Counted from the first letter of the whole stretch, positions 30,122 to 40,715 are shown. The stretch is 63,697 bases of DNA, filler included, from 6 parts of 6 records of this genome joined end to end with filler, not necessarily neighbours in it; one strand, 5' to 3'. Numbers and translations: made by a program. The notes: generated by a model from the sequence alone, not told the origin.

Positions 30122-30379
30122 TCAAATGGGCAGTTTCAGTTGCTCAGAACCCTTCTTGTCATCCTTCCCCTTCTTGGGGGCCGCCTGCAAACCGGACTCA
30201 ATATATTCCAGCAGGGAACTTTCCGGCACACGCCACTGGCTGCCAACTTTGATACCGCGGATTTTTCCCTCCTGAACCAGCCTGTAAGCAGTTCTCGGAT
30301 GGATTCTCAGCGTGTCGGCAATCTCACGCACCGTGTATAGCATGGGCGAAGGAGTCAAAGCCTTGTCCTGATTTTTCAA
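30122..30379 (-). CDS. Excisionase/BldC-like HTH_17 DNA-binding protein (start may be the later ATG of MLYTV)
   Basis: LYTVREIADTLRIHPRTAYRLVQEGKIRGIKVGSQWRV matches the HTH_17 pattern. Confidence 0.88.
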   Translation of the reverse strand: MKNQDKALTPSPMLYTVREIADTLRIHPRTAYRLVQEGKIRGIKVGSQWRVPESSLLEYIESGLQAAPKKGKDDKKGSEQLKLPI

Positions 30380-30586
30380 AATTACACTACGATGTAGACG
30401 TTATGACATTATTTGTCAAAAAATGTCAAAGAAATGCATTTATGTCTTTTGTTTTCTACGACAAGACTCCAACAACCGTTAAATCAACTGAAATTACAAA
30501 GAAAATAACGCATATATTGATTTCAATTGAGAACCGTCGGCAAACCCATGCTGAAAATAAATTTGTTTTTTTAAAAAAAAACACGC

Positions 30587-30616
30587 AAAAAAACCCTTCC
30601 GGTAAAACCGAAAGGG
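30587..30616 (-). terminator. Terminator after the GT-C gene
   Basis: CCCTTCCGGT/ACCGAAAGGG stem with a T-tract on the minus strand. Confidence 0.6.
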
Positions 30617-30640
30617 CTTAATTTTTTGCTGGAACTGACT

Positions 30641-32233
30641 TTAGAATCTCAAACGAGGATCACGCGGCCAATAACCATTATAATCGTAACAAAGATAGAC
30701 CGTGAATTTTCTGGACGGTTTCCCGCGAAAAGTAGTTTGAATAAAGATGGGCGAACTGACTCGCTTGAACATCTTCTTCATTTCCTCATTAGCATTGTTA
30801 TTAAATTTTTTGATCACGTAAACGGCATCCCATCCGATCTTATCTGTGGGCCCGGGCCACATGTCATACTGATTCATGCGACGGTCAATCCAAGCGCAAT
30901 AAGTACGCGGCTGTCCCGGCACATAAAAAGCCAATGCAGCGGTCATGTCATACTCATCACTCAAAACAAAAACCTTGGAAGGGTCTTTAAACTGAGTCTT
31001 TTCCAACTCCACCACTTGCTGACCGAGGTCGGTCCAGCCTTTAAGACGATGAGTGGGGTTGAGATGATCCGGTAAAGGAACAAGGTTCTGAAAATGAAGA
31101 ACCACAAAAATAATGATGCTCAAGGACATCCATAAAGAGCGAAAACGACCTCTGCGGCCCCAGAAACTCTCAAAAGCAAACCCGGCAATCATCACCCCGC
31201 TAACATAGGAAATCACCGCCCAGTTGCCGAGCACCTTGGCGTGAAAACTCCAAATAAAAAAGAAAATCCAGACCGGAAGAAAAAACACGGAAAGCAGTGC
31301 GCTCTGCCTATGGTTCAGATTCATGAGGTTGCGCCCTTTTCCTTTGAGCACAAAAAACAGAGCGGCGAACCCGCCTATGAACATAAACACAAGCCACCAG
31401 GGAGTAGCCATACCAACCTGCTCACCAAAAAACGGCAGGAAACGGTCAAAACGCAGCAAGTGTGATGCCTTGTTTCCAGAAGCACCAATCAGATGCAGAA
31501 CGTGTTTGTAACCCACAAAATTATTCTGCATATTCCAGATCAGGGTTGGCAGGAATCCTAGAAAAACACCACCCGCCAACGATAGGAACAGCTTTCGCCA
31601 GAAGCCGCGCGGCAACCTTTCCCTGCGCATAAGCAGCAGCCCGTACATAACCGAAAGCCCCGCAAAACCGAGCATTGTGTACTTGGCCAGAATTCCAATG
31701 CCGAAAAATATACTGATCAGAAGAAAAGGTTTGGTTTGCGACTCATTCGAATCCCGTTCCAACCCCGGAGGATGCGGAATGGATGCCTTGTACAAGGCAA
31801 AAAGTGCACAACTCCAACAAAGAATAAAAGGATTATCCGTAGTCATCAAAATTCCAAGGGCCAAATAAACGGGCATGGAATTATAGATGATCAAGGTCCA
31901 GACAGCGGCAATTGGCCGCTTCCACATGCGTGCAACACCCCAGAAAAGTACAATCTGGGTCAGCAACGAACCTACCACTGAACCGAAGCGGACTCCGAAT
32001 TCAGTATTACCGAACACGGATGTCCAAAGCCCGATAATCCAAGCGATCAACGGCCCCTTAGAGTAATAGGTAAGCTGCATATGCCGGGTCCAGTCCCAGT
32101 ATTGGGACTCATCCTGCACAAGGTTAAGCTGTCCGGTTCCGAGGAACCAGAGGCGGGCAAAAGTACTGATAAAAATTATTGCTACAGCCCAGATTACGGG
32201 CTTGCTTTTAAACGAATCATTTAACGATGACAC
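30641..32233 (-). CDS. ArnT/PMT-like (GT39/GT83) glycosyltransferase
   Basis: DESQYWDW..YYSKGPL, GVRF, MTTDNP, LAKYTM, NQYDMW; AGGAGG RBS. Confidence 0.88.
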   Translation of the reverse strand: MSSLNDSFKSKPVIWAVAIIFISTFARLWFLGTGQLNLVQDESQYWDWTRHMQLTYYSKGPLIAWIIGLWTSVFGNTEFGVRFGSVVGSLLTQIVLFWGVARMWKRPIAAVWTLIIYNSMPVYLALGILMTTDNPFILCWSCALFALYKASIPHPPGLERDSNESQTKPFLLISIFFGIGILAKYTMLGFAGLSVMYGLLLMRRERLPRGFWRKLFLSLAGGVFLGFLPTLIWNMQNNFVGYKHVLHLIGASGNKASHLLRFDRFLPFFGEQVGMATPWWLVFMFIGGFAALFFVLKGKGRNLMNLNHRQSALLSVFFLPVWIFFFIWSFHAKVLGNWAVISYVSGVMIAGFAFESFWGRRGRFRSLWMSLSIIIFVVLHFQNLVPLPDHLNPTHRLKGWTDLGQQVVELEKTQFKDPSKVFVLSDEYDMTAALAFYVPGQPRTYCAWIDRRMNQYDMWPGPTDKIGWDAVYVIKKFNNNANEEMKKMFKRVSSPIFIQTTFRGKPSRKFTVYLCYDYNGYWPRDPRLRF

Positions 32234-32313
32234 TTAATGTGACCTCCTTGCGAGGAAACTTCTTATCCGAGGCTGCATAAGAAAACAACAACCCCTTTAG
32301 GGCAGATAATGCC

Positions 32314-32341
32314 AAAAACAAAGCCCCCGTTAGCAGGGGGC
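32314..32341 (-). terminator. Possible terminator after fliN
   Basis: GCCCCC/GGGGGC stem with a T-rich tail on the minus strand. Confidence 0.45.
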
Positions 32342-32385
32342 GGAGCATTCAAAAAAATCTTTTCCCGGATTCCGGCTGGCCCCGG

Positions 32386-32655
32386 TTAAAGTCCCAGCTT
32401 TTTAATCCTATCCTCAGGCTTGATGATCTCGGTAACCCTGAAACCAAAATTCTCATTGATTACAACTAGTTCACCGCGCGCAACCAAACGCCCTTCAACA
32501 TACATGTCCAGCGGTTCCCCGGCCAGTTTATGCAATTCGATAACTGTACCTTGACCGAACTGGATAATTTCGTTGACCAGAAGCTTGGTCCGCCCCATTT
32601 CAACCTTAACTTCAAGGGGAATATCCAGAATGCGTTTCAGACTTTGCTCAGCCAT
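32386..32655 (-). CDS. fliN: Flagellar motor switch protein FliN (SpoA domain only)
   Basis: ILDIPLEVKVEMGRT..GTVIELHKLAGEPLD..VARGELVVINENFGFRVTEI. Confidence 0.92.
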   Translation of the reverse strand: MAEQSLKRILDIPLEVKVEMGRTKLLVNEIIQFGQGTVIELHKLAGEPLDMYVEGRLVARGELVVINENFGFRVTEIIKPEDRIKKLGL

Positions 32656-32754
32656 TTATATAAACTCCACTAAAAAAACTTAATTAACAGGAGGCAGGAT
32701 ACAGCAAAAATCCGCAAACAACCAGCAAAAGACCTGCTCTTTAATTTCAGACCC

Positions 32755-33390
32755 TTACTTGACTCTTTCCACAGACGGACCAGACTCTTTCTGCGGTTGC
32801 AAAGCAAGAATTGCATCCGCGCTTTCAGAAAACAAATCCAGCGGATGATGACTGATAACCAAAACCTGAAAGCCCAACCGCTCCGCAATGGTCCCAATCA
32901 ATTCCATGAACCGGGGTACAAGATCAGGCCGCAGCCAGCAATCCTGCTCGTCCAGCACCAGAAAAGGCCGATGTGCTTCCGGATTCAACCTCGACAAAGC
33001 AATAAGCCTCAGTCCTACAGATAAAATATTACAAACCGAGCCGCCCTGCCCGACCATGATGTCTTCTTCGCCACCCTGATTCAAAATCTGAAAATCAACC
33101 TGCAATTTCTTATCGCGGATAGAGGCAACAGCCTTAACTTCGCGATCCTGTCCCAGAATTTCACGGATGGCATGAGTCAGGTTAGTCTCAAGTTCGCTCA
33201 ACAATTCCCCGAACAAGGCGGTCGAAAGTTCTTCCAGCCGCTCAGCCGCGCCCGGGGCCAGTTCCAGAAATTCATCAATTTTACGGCCCGCTTCACGCAA
33301 GGACTGCCAATCTTCCATACGTGACGAAGCCTTCGCGCTTAAGCGGTCAGCTCTGCGCTCTAAAGATTCAAGTGTTGGAAGATCTGCCAT
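32755..33390 (-). CDS. C-terminal half of a Rad50/SbcC-type ABC ATPase
   Basis: N-terminal helical stretch, then signature-like GQGGS, SVGLRL, Walker B FLVLDEQ, H-loop VLVISHH; no Walker A. Confidence 0.85.
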   Translation of the reverse strand: MADLPTLESLERRADRLSAKASSRMEDWQSLREAGRKIDEFLELAPGAAERLEELSTALFGELLSELETNLTHAIREILGQDREVKAVASIRDKKLQVDFQILNQGGEEDIMVGQGGSVCNILSVGLRLIALSRLNPEAHRPFLVLDEQDCWLRPDLVPRFMELIGTIAERLGFQVLVISHHPLDLFSESADAILALQPQKESGPSVERVK

Positions 33391-33707
33391 TAATTATTGC
33401 CTTCTAAACTATCCAAGCCTTCTTTAATGGACATGATATGCTTACGGTACTCAGTGACCAGCCGTGCATTTTCAGCCTTTTTTTCTTCCAGCAACTTACT
33501 CAATTCCTGAGGATTGCTGGTGCCATATTGGGCCTTGGCTTCTTCTTCAAGGGCAGCAAGCTGACTGGTAGTACTGGCTAGTTCCTGTTCAGTTCGGATT
33601 TTTTTATCGTGCAGCCATTTGTGCTGATCCTTAAGAAGGTTAAGTTCCTGTTCCAGACCATTCGCAGGCTGATTTGCGCCGTTGTTCATTCCATTACCCA
33701 TTGCCAT
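33390..33707 (-). CDS. Small coiled-coil protein (105 aa)
   Basis: Two heptad-rich helices separated by YGTSNP; overlaps both neighbours. Confidence 0.8.
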   Translation of the reverse strand: MAMGNGMNNGANQPANGLEQELNLLKDQHKWLHDKKIRTEQELASTTSQLAALEEEAKAQYGTSNPQELSKLLEEKKAENARLVTEYRKHIMSIKEGLDSLEGNN

Positions 33708-34647
33708 CGGTGACCTCCGTATACAATTCCCAGATGAGCGGGCTTTCCGGCTCTTCGGGGTCGATATTATCTGTTAAAAACTGCTTAAGGCCTTCGCCTT
33801 CATGGGTTCGTTTCCATGCAAGACGTTCAAGACCCTGTAAAAATTTTGATTCCGCTGTTGCTGCATCTTCAGCCTCAGGCAAAAACTCCTGATCCGGAAA
33901 AACTTCGTAAAAATCGCGATGCGGAATTTCCCATTTATCAAGATCATCACAATCGGGAGTCCAGATTCCTGCCTGCGGTTTGCGCTCAAGGGACCGCCGC
34001 GAAAAAACCATCCGGCTAATATTACCGGGATTGGCCCATGTAGTCATACCCTTGGTAATTGAATCTCGCGGACCATGGATATGTCCGTTGATAATCCAGT
34101 CTATACCCGGTTTTTCTTTAATGGCGTGCTGCTTTTTCTCGCACTCAGGAAAAGAAATATTGTGATGGGTCACCCAAACCACTTTTAAATATTTCCCGTC
34201 TTCACGCTCAAATTCTTTTGGGATAGGTGTGGAATCCGGAGATGCGCCAATCAGCACCACCCCCTGCGGGGTTTCCAACTCAAAGGCCGGCCCTTGCTCA
34301 CTGATCAAGTTAATTACTCCGGCAGCATCAAGCACGGCCATGGAAACATCCGGGGTAAAGCGGGCCTGATATTTATCATGGTTGCCCACCAGCACGAACG
34401 GTTTGTACTGTGCAAACAGCCCGATCATATCCACCAATAGGGAGTTACCGTTATCGCGCGGCCAATGAAAAAGATCGCCAAGGATAAGCGGAACCATGTC
34501 CAGTTCCGCAGCATATTTGAAACAAGCTTCCAGCTTATCCAACACATCGGCGGCGAAGTCGCCGAGCCGCTGGCCCGGAGGAGTTGAAGCTATATGCGGG
34601 TCCCCGATAAGAAAAAGACCTTTAGCTTCTACTTTCTCAAGACTCAT
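33694..34647 (-). CDS. Mre11/SbcD-like metallophosphoesterase nuclease
   Basis: GDPH, LGDLFH, VGNHD, VTHH, NGHIH, NPG phosphoesterase motifs; sits between the ATPase halves. Confidence 0.88.
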   Translation of the reverse strand: MSLEKVEAKGLFLIGDPHIASTPPGQRLGDFAADVLDKLEACFKYAAELDMVPLILGDLFHWPRDNGNSLLVDMIGLFAQYKPFVLVGNHDKYQARFTPDVSMAVLDAAGVINLISEQGPAFELETPQGVVLIGASPDSTPIPKEFEREDGKYLKVVWVTHHNISFPECEKKQHAIKEKPGIDWIINGHIHGPRDSITKGMTTWANPGNISRMVFSRRSLERKPQAGIWTPDCDDLDKWEIPHRDFYEVFPDQEFLPEAEDAATAESKFLQGLERLAWKRTHEGEGLKQFLTDNIDPEEPESPLIWELYTEVTDGNG

Positions 34648-35977
34648 GACTATCCTCCCCGATCAACTTTTGCGCATCCAGATCACCGCCGCAGAGCGGA
34701 CAATTGCCAATCTCATCCAGACGATTCTCAATGCGCTGCTTGAGTTCAGCTTCGGACTCTTCCAGTTCGATCAAACGGGACTGCGCTTCAGCCTGCGCTT
34801 TTCGCAAGGCTGACAGATTATTCATAACCTGCATAAGATTTGAAAAATCGTGAAGTTCCGGCGGCTCTACCAACGGAGCCAGTACAGCAGCACGCCGTGA
34901 AATATTATCCCGGACTGCATAGTTGCGGGAAACATTGCTGATGGTTGCGGAAAGAACTGAAACATCTTCAAGCTCCGGCGGAGAAGCAAGCTGTTCCAGC
35001 ACCTTACGCCGTGCTTTTTGCTTATCTTCGGCAAAGGAAAGTTGATTTTGCCGCACAAGGTCCGCTTCCAGCCGCTGCACCGGAAAAAGTTCCGGCGGAG
35101 TTTGCAATCCGCCAAGGGATTCAGAACTTTTTTTCAGCCGCTGCTCCTGAGTACGCAGATTTTCCATACCCGAAACCACTCGCTCCAGCGGTGCGGAAGG
35201 AAAAAGTTCCGGTGCTTCTCTCAATTCAGACAATTCCTTTTCACGCGCGCCAAGGCTGCCTTTGTAGTTTTCCAGCTCCCCCTTACACTGCAAGAGTCCT
35301 TCAACCGCCGGGATTTCCTTATCAAAGACATCTATCTGTCTTTTAAGTTCGTGGGCGGTTTCCAGTTCCAGACTCACATCCGGCAAGGTCTGCAATTCAT
35401 CAAGCTCAACACGAATTTCATCAAGTTTCTGTTGCTGAAACTTCTTCTCCCGCTTGGCAGCACGGACCCGATTTTTTAGTTCGGTCTGCATAGCCAGCAA
35501 ATGCGAAGCTTCGGAAGATGAAGCAAAAAACTGAGCCGCAACAGACGAAGGCTGGTCGAGCAGAAAGATAGGATTACGCTGGTTACCAATATGTACATCC
35601 AGTGACTTGCCGCCTTCCAAGGGGACCTGATTGAGTCGCAGAATATTTAAAATATCTTCCGGGGTATTACGCCCGAATTTTGCATAAACTTCCCATTCCT
35701 CTTCGCCCGGACGCAGTACTTCGTACCAGGCAGTAGCCTTTTTGCGAATCCACGCAACGCGCACGCCATCATCCATTTCCAATTCAACACGGGCCTGCTT
35801 GGCACCATGGCGAATGAAATGTTTAGGCAGCGGATTGGTCGCAATGCAGCGCAAAGCCTCAACAACCGAAGATTTACCGCTGTTGTTGGGACCGGTCAGC
35901 ACGGTCATGCCCGGACCGAGTTCAATCTCGGTTTCCGCATGGGCTAAGAAATTTTTTAGTAGGATTTTTTTGATCAT
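34637..35977 (-). CDS. N-terminal half of a Rad50/SbcC-type ATPase with helical arm and terminal zinc hook
   Basis: IKKILLKNFLAH, Walker A GPNNSGKS, FIRHG, Q-loop GNQ, long helical region, CPLC at residues 426-429 of 446; no Walker B or signature. Confidence 0.9.
   Translation of the reverse strand: MIKKILLKNFLAHAETEIELGPGMTVLTGPNNSGKSSVVEALRCIATNPLPKHFIRHGAKQARVELEMDDGVRVAWIRKKATAWYEVLRPGEEEWEVYAKFGRNTPEDILNILRLNQVPLEGGKSLDVHIGNQRNPIFLLDQPSSVAAQFFASSSEASHLLAMQTELKNRVRAAKREKKFQQQKLDEIRVELDELQTLPDVSLELETAHELKRQIDVFDKEIPAVEGLLQCKGELENYKGSLGAREKELSELREAPELFPSAPLERVVSGMENLRTQEQRLKKSSESLGGLQTPPELFPVQRLEADLVRQNQLSFAEDKQKARRKVLEQLASPPELEDVSVLSATISNVSRNYAVRDNISRRAAVLAPLVEPPELHDFSNLMQVMNNLSALRKAQAEAQSRLIELEESEAELKQRIENRLDEIGNCPLCGGDLDAQKLIGEDSHES
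34851..35220 (-). repeat. Intragenic 117-bp (39-aa) periodic repeat, four PPEL-type units
   Basis: APELFP, PPELFP, PPELED, PPELHD each exactly 39 residues apart; the DNA core AG(T/C)TCCGG(C/T)G recurs every 117 bp. Confidence 0.85.
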
Positions 35978-35992
35978 TGATGCCTTCGGCGA

Positions 35993-36092
35993 NNNNNNNN
36001 NNNNNNNNNNNNNNNNNNNNNNNNNNNNNNNNNNNNTTAATTAATTAANNNNNNNNNNNNNNNNNNNNNNNNNNNNNNNNNNNNNNNNNNNN
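35993..36092. other. Artificial contig linker
   Basis: N44-TTAATTAATTAA-N44. Confidence 0.97.
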
Positions 36093-36182
36093 GAAGAGGC
36101 CGAAACCTGGCTGGAAGAGATGATAGGCAGTACGCATGTGACCCGTCAGAAGAAACGAATGAGCCGCAGGATTTCCCAGTAA
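36093..36182 (+). CDS. Possible 3' end of an unidentified gene
   Basis: Frame open from the contig edge: EEAETWLEEMIG..RRISQ-stop; too short to identify. Confidence 0.3.
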   Translation, partial: EEAETWLEEMIGSTHVTRQKKRMSRRISQ

Positions 36183-36246
36183 GCCGCTACCAGAAAAAAC
36201 ATCCTTATGCTAGGATAGCAGACGTATTATTTGAAAAGAGGTTTAT

Positions 36247-37944
36247 ATGGCTGCAGAGAAGAATCAGACAGAAGAAAAAACAAAAGGACCGGATTTCATC
36301 CGGCAGATAATAAACGAAGATCTTGCACAGGGAAAGAACGACGGCAAGGTTCATACGCGATTCCCCCCCGAGCCCAACGGCTACCTCCATATCGGACATG
36401 GAAAATCTATCTGCCTCAACTTCGGAATAGCAGAGGATTACAAGGGGATATGCAACCTGCGCTTCGACGATACCAATCCCACCAAGGAAGACCAGGAATA
36501 CGTTGACTCCATCATCGAGGACGTCAGATGGCTGGGATTCGATCCTGAGATCTTCTTCGCATCAGACTACTTCGACCAGCTATACGCCTGGGCCCTGGAG
36601 CTGATCGACGCGGGCAAGGCCTATGTGGACTCCCAGAGCGCCGAAGAGATCCGCCTGAGCAGAGGGACCCCCACGAAGCCGGGCAGCGACTCACCCTACC
36701 GGAACAGATCGGTCGAGGAGAACCGGGAACTCTTCGCGAAGATGACTGCCGGTGAGATGGAGGAGGGCTCCTGCATACTCAGGGCCAGGATCGATATGGC
36801 CCATCAGAATATGAATATGAGGGATCCCGCCATCTACCGGATCCGCAAGGAGAGTCACCACAGGACCGGCGACAAGTGGTGCATCTATCCCATGTATGAT
36901 TTCGCCCACGGATTCGAGGACGCCATCGAGGGGATTACCCATTCCATATGTACCCTGGAGTTCGAAAACCACAGGCCCCTTTACGATTGGTTCCTGGACA
37001 ACGTTTCAGCGCCCTGCCATCCCCGGCAGATCGAATTCGCCCGCCTGAACCTCAGCTACACGGTGATGAGCAAAAGAAAGCTTCTGGAGCTGGTCAGCGA
37101 AGGCATGGTCAAAGGCTGGGACGATCCCAGAATGCCCACCCTGTCCGGATTCCGCAGAAGGGGTTACACCCCCGCCTCCATCAGAAGATTCGCAAAAGAG
37201 ATCGGCGTGTCCAAGGTGAACAGCCTGGTGGATATAGGGTTCCTTCAGTACATCATCCGGGAGGAGCTGAACGAGAGCGCCGACAGGGTTATGGCCGTTT
37301 TGAATCCTCTGAAGGTGACCATCACCAACTATCCCGCGGAACAGAGCGAAGAGTTCGATGCAGAGAACAATCCCGGCGATCCCGAGGCGGGCAGCCGCAA
37401 GATTCCCTTCGGACGGGAGATCTATATAGAGCGGGACGACTTTATGGAGGATGCCCCCAGGAAGTTCTTCCGTCTGGCTCCGGGCAGGGAAGTCCGCCTG
37501 AAGCACGCTTACTTCATCACCTGCGACGAGGTCGTGAAGGACGAGAAGGGCGAAGTCATTGAGCTCCTGTGTTCCTACGATCCCGCCACAAGGGGAGGCG
37601 ACTCGCCCGACGGTCGCAAGGTCAAGGGCACCCTGCACTGGGTCAGCGCCGAGAAGGGCGTTGAGGCGGAGGTACGGCTGTACGACCAGCTCTTCACCCT
37701 GGAGAATATGGACGATATGGAAGAGGGCAAGGATTACAAGGACTATCTGAATCCCGATTCCCTGGTGATCAGAAAGGCCATGGTGGAACCCTCCCTGGCG
37801 GCGGCAGAGGCCGGCAAGAGCTTTCAGTTCCTCAGACAGGGCTACTTCTGCGCCGATGCGAAGGAGCACGCTTCCGACCGTCCCGTATTCAATAGAACCG
37901 TGGCCCTGAAGGATTCCTGGGCCAAGCTTCAGAAGAAGAACTGA
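36247..37944 (+). CDS. glnS: Glutamine-tRNA ligase
   Basis: [48 protein letters not shown]. Confidence 0.97.
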   Translation: MAAEKNQTEEKTKGPDFIRQIINEDLAQGKNDGKVHTRFPPEPNGYLHIGHGKSICLNFGIAEDYKGICNLRFDDTNPTKEDQEYVDSIIEDVRWLGFDPEIFFASDYFDQLYAWALELIDAGKAYVDSQSAEEIRLSRGTPTKPGSDSPYRNRSVEENRELFAKMTAGEMEEGSCILRARIDMAHQNMNMRDPAIYRIRKESHHRTGDKWCIYPMYDFAHGFEDAIEGITHSICTLEFENHRPLYDWFLDNVSAPCHPRQIEFARLNLSYTVMSKRKLLELVSEGMVKGWDDPRMPTLSGFRRRGYTPASIRRFAKEIGVSKVNSLVDIGFLQYIIREELNESADRVMAVLNPLKVTITNYPAEQSEEFDAENNPGDPEAGSRKIPFGREIYIERDDFMEDAPRKFFRLAPGREVRLKHAYFITCDEVVKDEKGEVIELLCSYDPATRGGDSPDGRKVKGTLHWVSAEKGVEAEVRLYDQLFTLENMDDMEEGKDYKDYLNPDSLVIRKAMVEPSLAAAEAGKSFQFLRQGYFCADAKEHASDRPVFNRTVALKDSWAKLQKKN

Positions 37945-37959
37945 ATATAAGGAGGCATC

Positions 37960-39291
<1,332 letters not shown>

Positions 39292-39296
39292 CCGGT

Positions 39297-39668
39297 TCAG
39301 AGGCGGTCGATCTTCAGCCCGCTCTTCCCCCGGAAAAGACGCAGACACAAGGCGCACAGCCCGAACAGCAGGCCCCCCGACAAGAGGGACAGACTCGTTC
39401 TGACACCCGAGAAGGAGAGAGCCGCAGCCGCGGACAGGGGCAAGACGATCAGAACCAAGCCATCCAGTGCGGCCCCCCGGGAACGCAGGGACAGGACGTC
39501 TCCCTCCCTCCATTCCTCACCGTCCGGAAGGTCAATTTGCATAGTTTTCAGTCCTGTAGAGCACTTGCAGCCCCCGCAGCCGCCTGTCCCGCACTCTCCC
39601 TTATCGTCCAAGAGCCCGACAAGGGCTCTGCTGTCATCAATCTTTATAATTCTGGCGTTCATAGTCAT
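39297..39668 (-). CDS. RseC/MucC-like (SoxR-reducing/Rnf accessory) membrane protein
   Basis: Cys cluster ECGTGGCGGCKC, GDV motif, two C-terminal TM helices; divergent from an Rnf/Nqr-like operon. Confidence 0.65.
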   Translation of the reverse strand: MTMNARIIKIDDSRALVGLLDDKGECGTGGCGGCKCSTGLKTMQIDLPDGEEWREGDVLSLRSRGAALDGLVLIVLPLSAAAALSFSGVRTSLSLLSGGLLFGLCALCLRLFRGKSGLKIDRL

Positions 39669-39815
39669 TACTCCATTATACTACCATTTTAGTAGTTAAA
39701 GTCCTGCTTTCAAGTATTGTTAAACAGAAAATTATAGATTCCTTTTGCAATCTCCCATATAATTCGTTTATCATAATTACGTATAGAACCGGCACATGAA
39801 GGAGGCTTAAATCAG

Positions 39816-40715
39816 GTGTTTCAGAAACAAATCATGATGCGACGGGTGCTCTACACTCTGATCCCATTATCCGCATATTCGATCTATCTCTACGGTCTGC
39901 GCTCATTGCTGATCCATTTCGTTGTGTTCCTTTTCGGAATCGGAACAGAGTACTTCTTTATGAAGACAAGAAAAAAGAAGGTTTCCGAAGCGGTCCTTGT
40001 CACCTCCGCGCTCTACGCCCTTTCCATGCCCCCCATGGTTCCGCTGTGGATCGCCGCTCTGGGAATCGTATTCGGAGTTTTGTTCGGCAAGTGCATCTAT
40101 GGAGGCTTCGGTCGCAACATCTTCAATCCGGCCATAACCGGCAGGCTCTTCGTCTATATCACCTTTCCCTCTCCCATGACCTCGGCCTGGATGAATCCGG
40201 GGGCCTTCGGACGTTCCGCCGATACCGTTTCCGCCGCGACGCCTCTGGCCCAGATGCGGGAGGGATCTCTTCCCGATATAATGAACCTGATAACAGGCAT
40301 CCGGAGCGGCTCCCTGGGAGAAAGCGCGGCAATCCTCATTATCATTGCCGCGATCTATCTCATATACACGAAAACGGCTTCATGGAGGATTATCCTTTCA
40401 TCTGCGTTAAGCTTTTTCCTGCTGTCCACCGCGCTGTTCCTGTCGGGCGTTCCCACCTCGTTTCCTCCCCTGGAGTCCCTTCTTTCGGGATCGGTTCTCT
40501 TCGTCATTGTATTCATGGCTACGGATCCCGTTACCGGGCCCAAAAAGAACGGCGCCCAGTACGTTTACGGTATGCTGATAGGTTCGATAACCTGCCTGGT
40601 CAGGATCTTCTCCCTCTTCCCCGAAGGCACGAGTTTCGGCGTCCTTATGGGCAATACCTTCGCCTCTCTCATTGATGAGTGGTTCACTCCCCGCAAGAAA
40701 GGAGGGGCCCAATGA
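39816..40715 (+). CDS. RnfD/NqrB-family subunit (short, 299 aa)
   Basis: GGFGRNIFNPA, FMN site DTVSAATPL, GSLGES, FMATDPVT, MGNTF; GTG start with AAGGAGG. Confidence 0.9.
   Translation: MFQKQIMMRRVLYTLIPLSAYSIYLYGLRSLLIHFVVFLFGIGTEYFFMKTRKKKVSEAVLVTSALYALSMPPMVPLWIAALGIVFGVLFGKCIYGGFGRNIFNPAITGRLFVYITFPSPMTSAWMNPGAFGRSADTVSAATPLAQMREGSLPDIMNLITGIRSGSLGESAAILIIIAAIYLIYTKTASWRIILSSALSFFLLSTALFLSGVPTSFPPLESLLSGSVLFVIVFMATDPVTGPKKNGAQYVYGMLIGSITCLVRIFSLFPEGTSFGVLMGNTFASLIDEWFTPRKKGGAQ

Noticed and set aside
29527-30379. tRNA next to an excisionase-like gene suggesting a prophage or ICE attachment site
   Set aside because: They are on different contigs separated by a linker, and there are no integrase or phage genes.
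5251-32233. Related GT-C genes in pieces 1 and 4 as one glycosylation system
   Set aside because: Different contigs and probably different organisms; only a shared family.
32755-35977. Split ATPase as a pseudogene, or as Wadjet/Lamassu
   Set aside because: The halves are separated by two intact coupled genes rather than a frameshift; no kleisin/KITE (JetAB) or Toprim JetD is recognisable, and those systems use a single-chain SMC-like ATPase.
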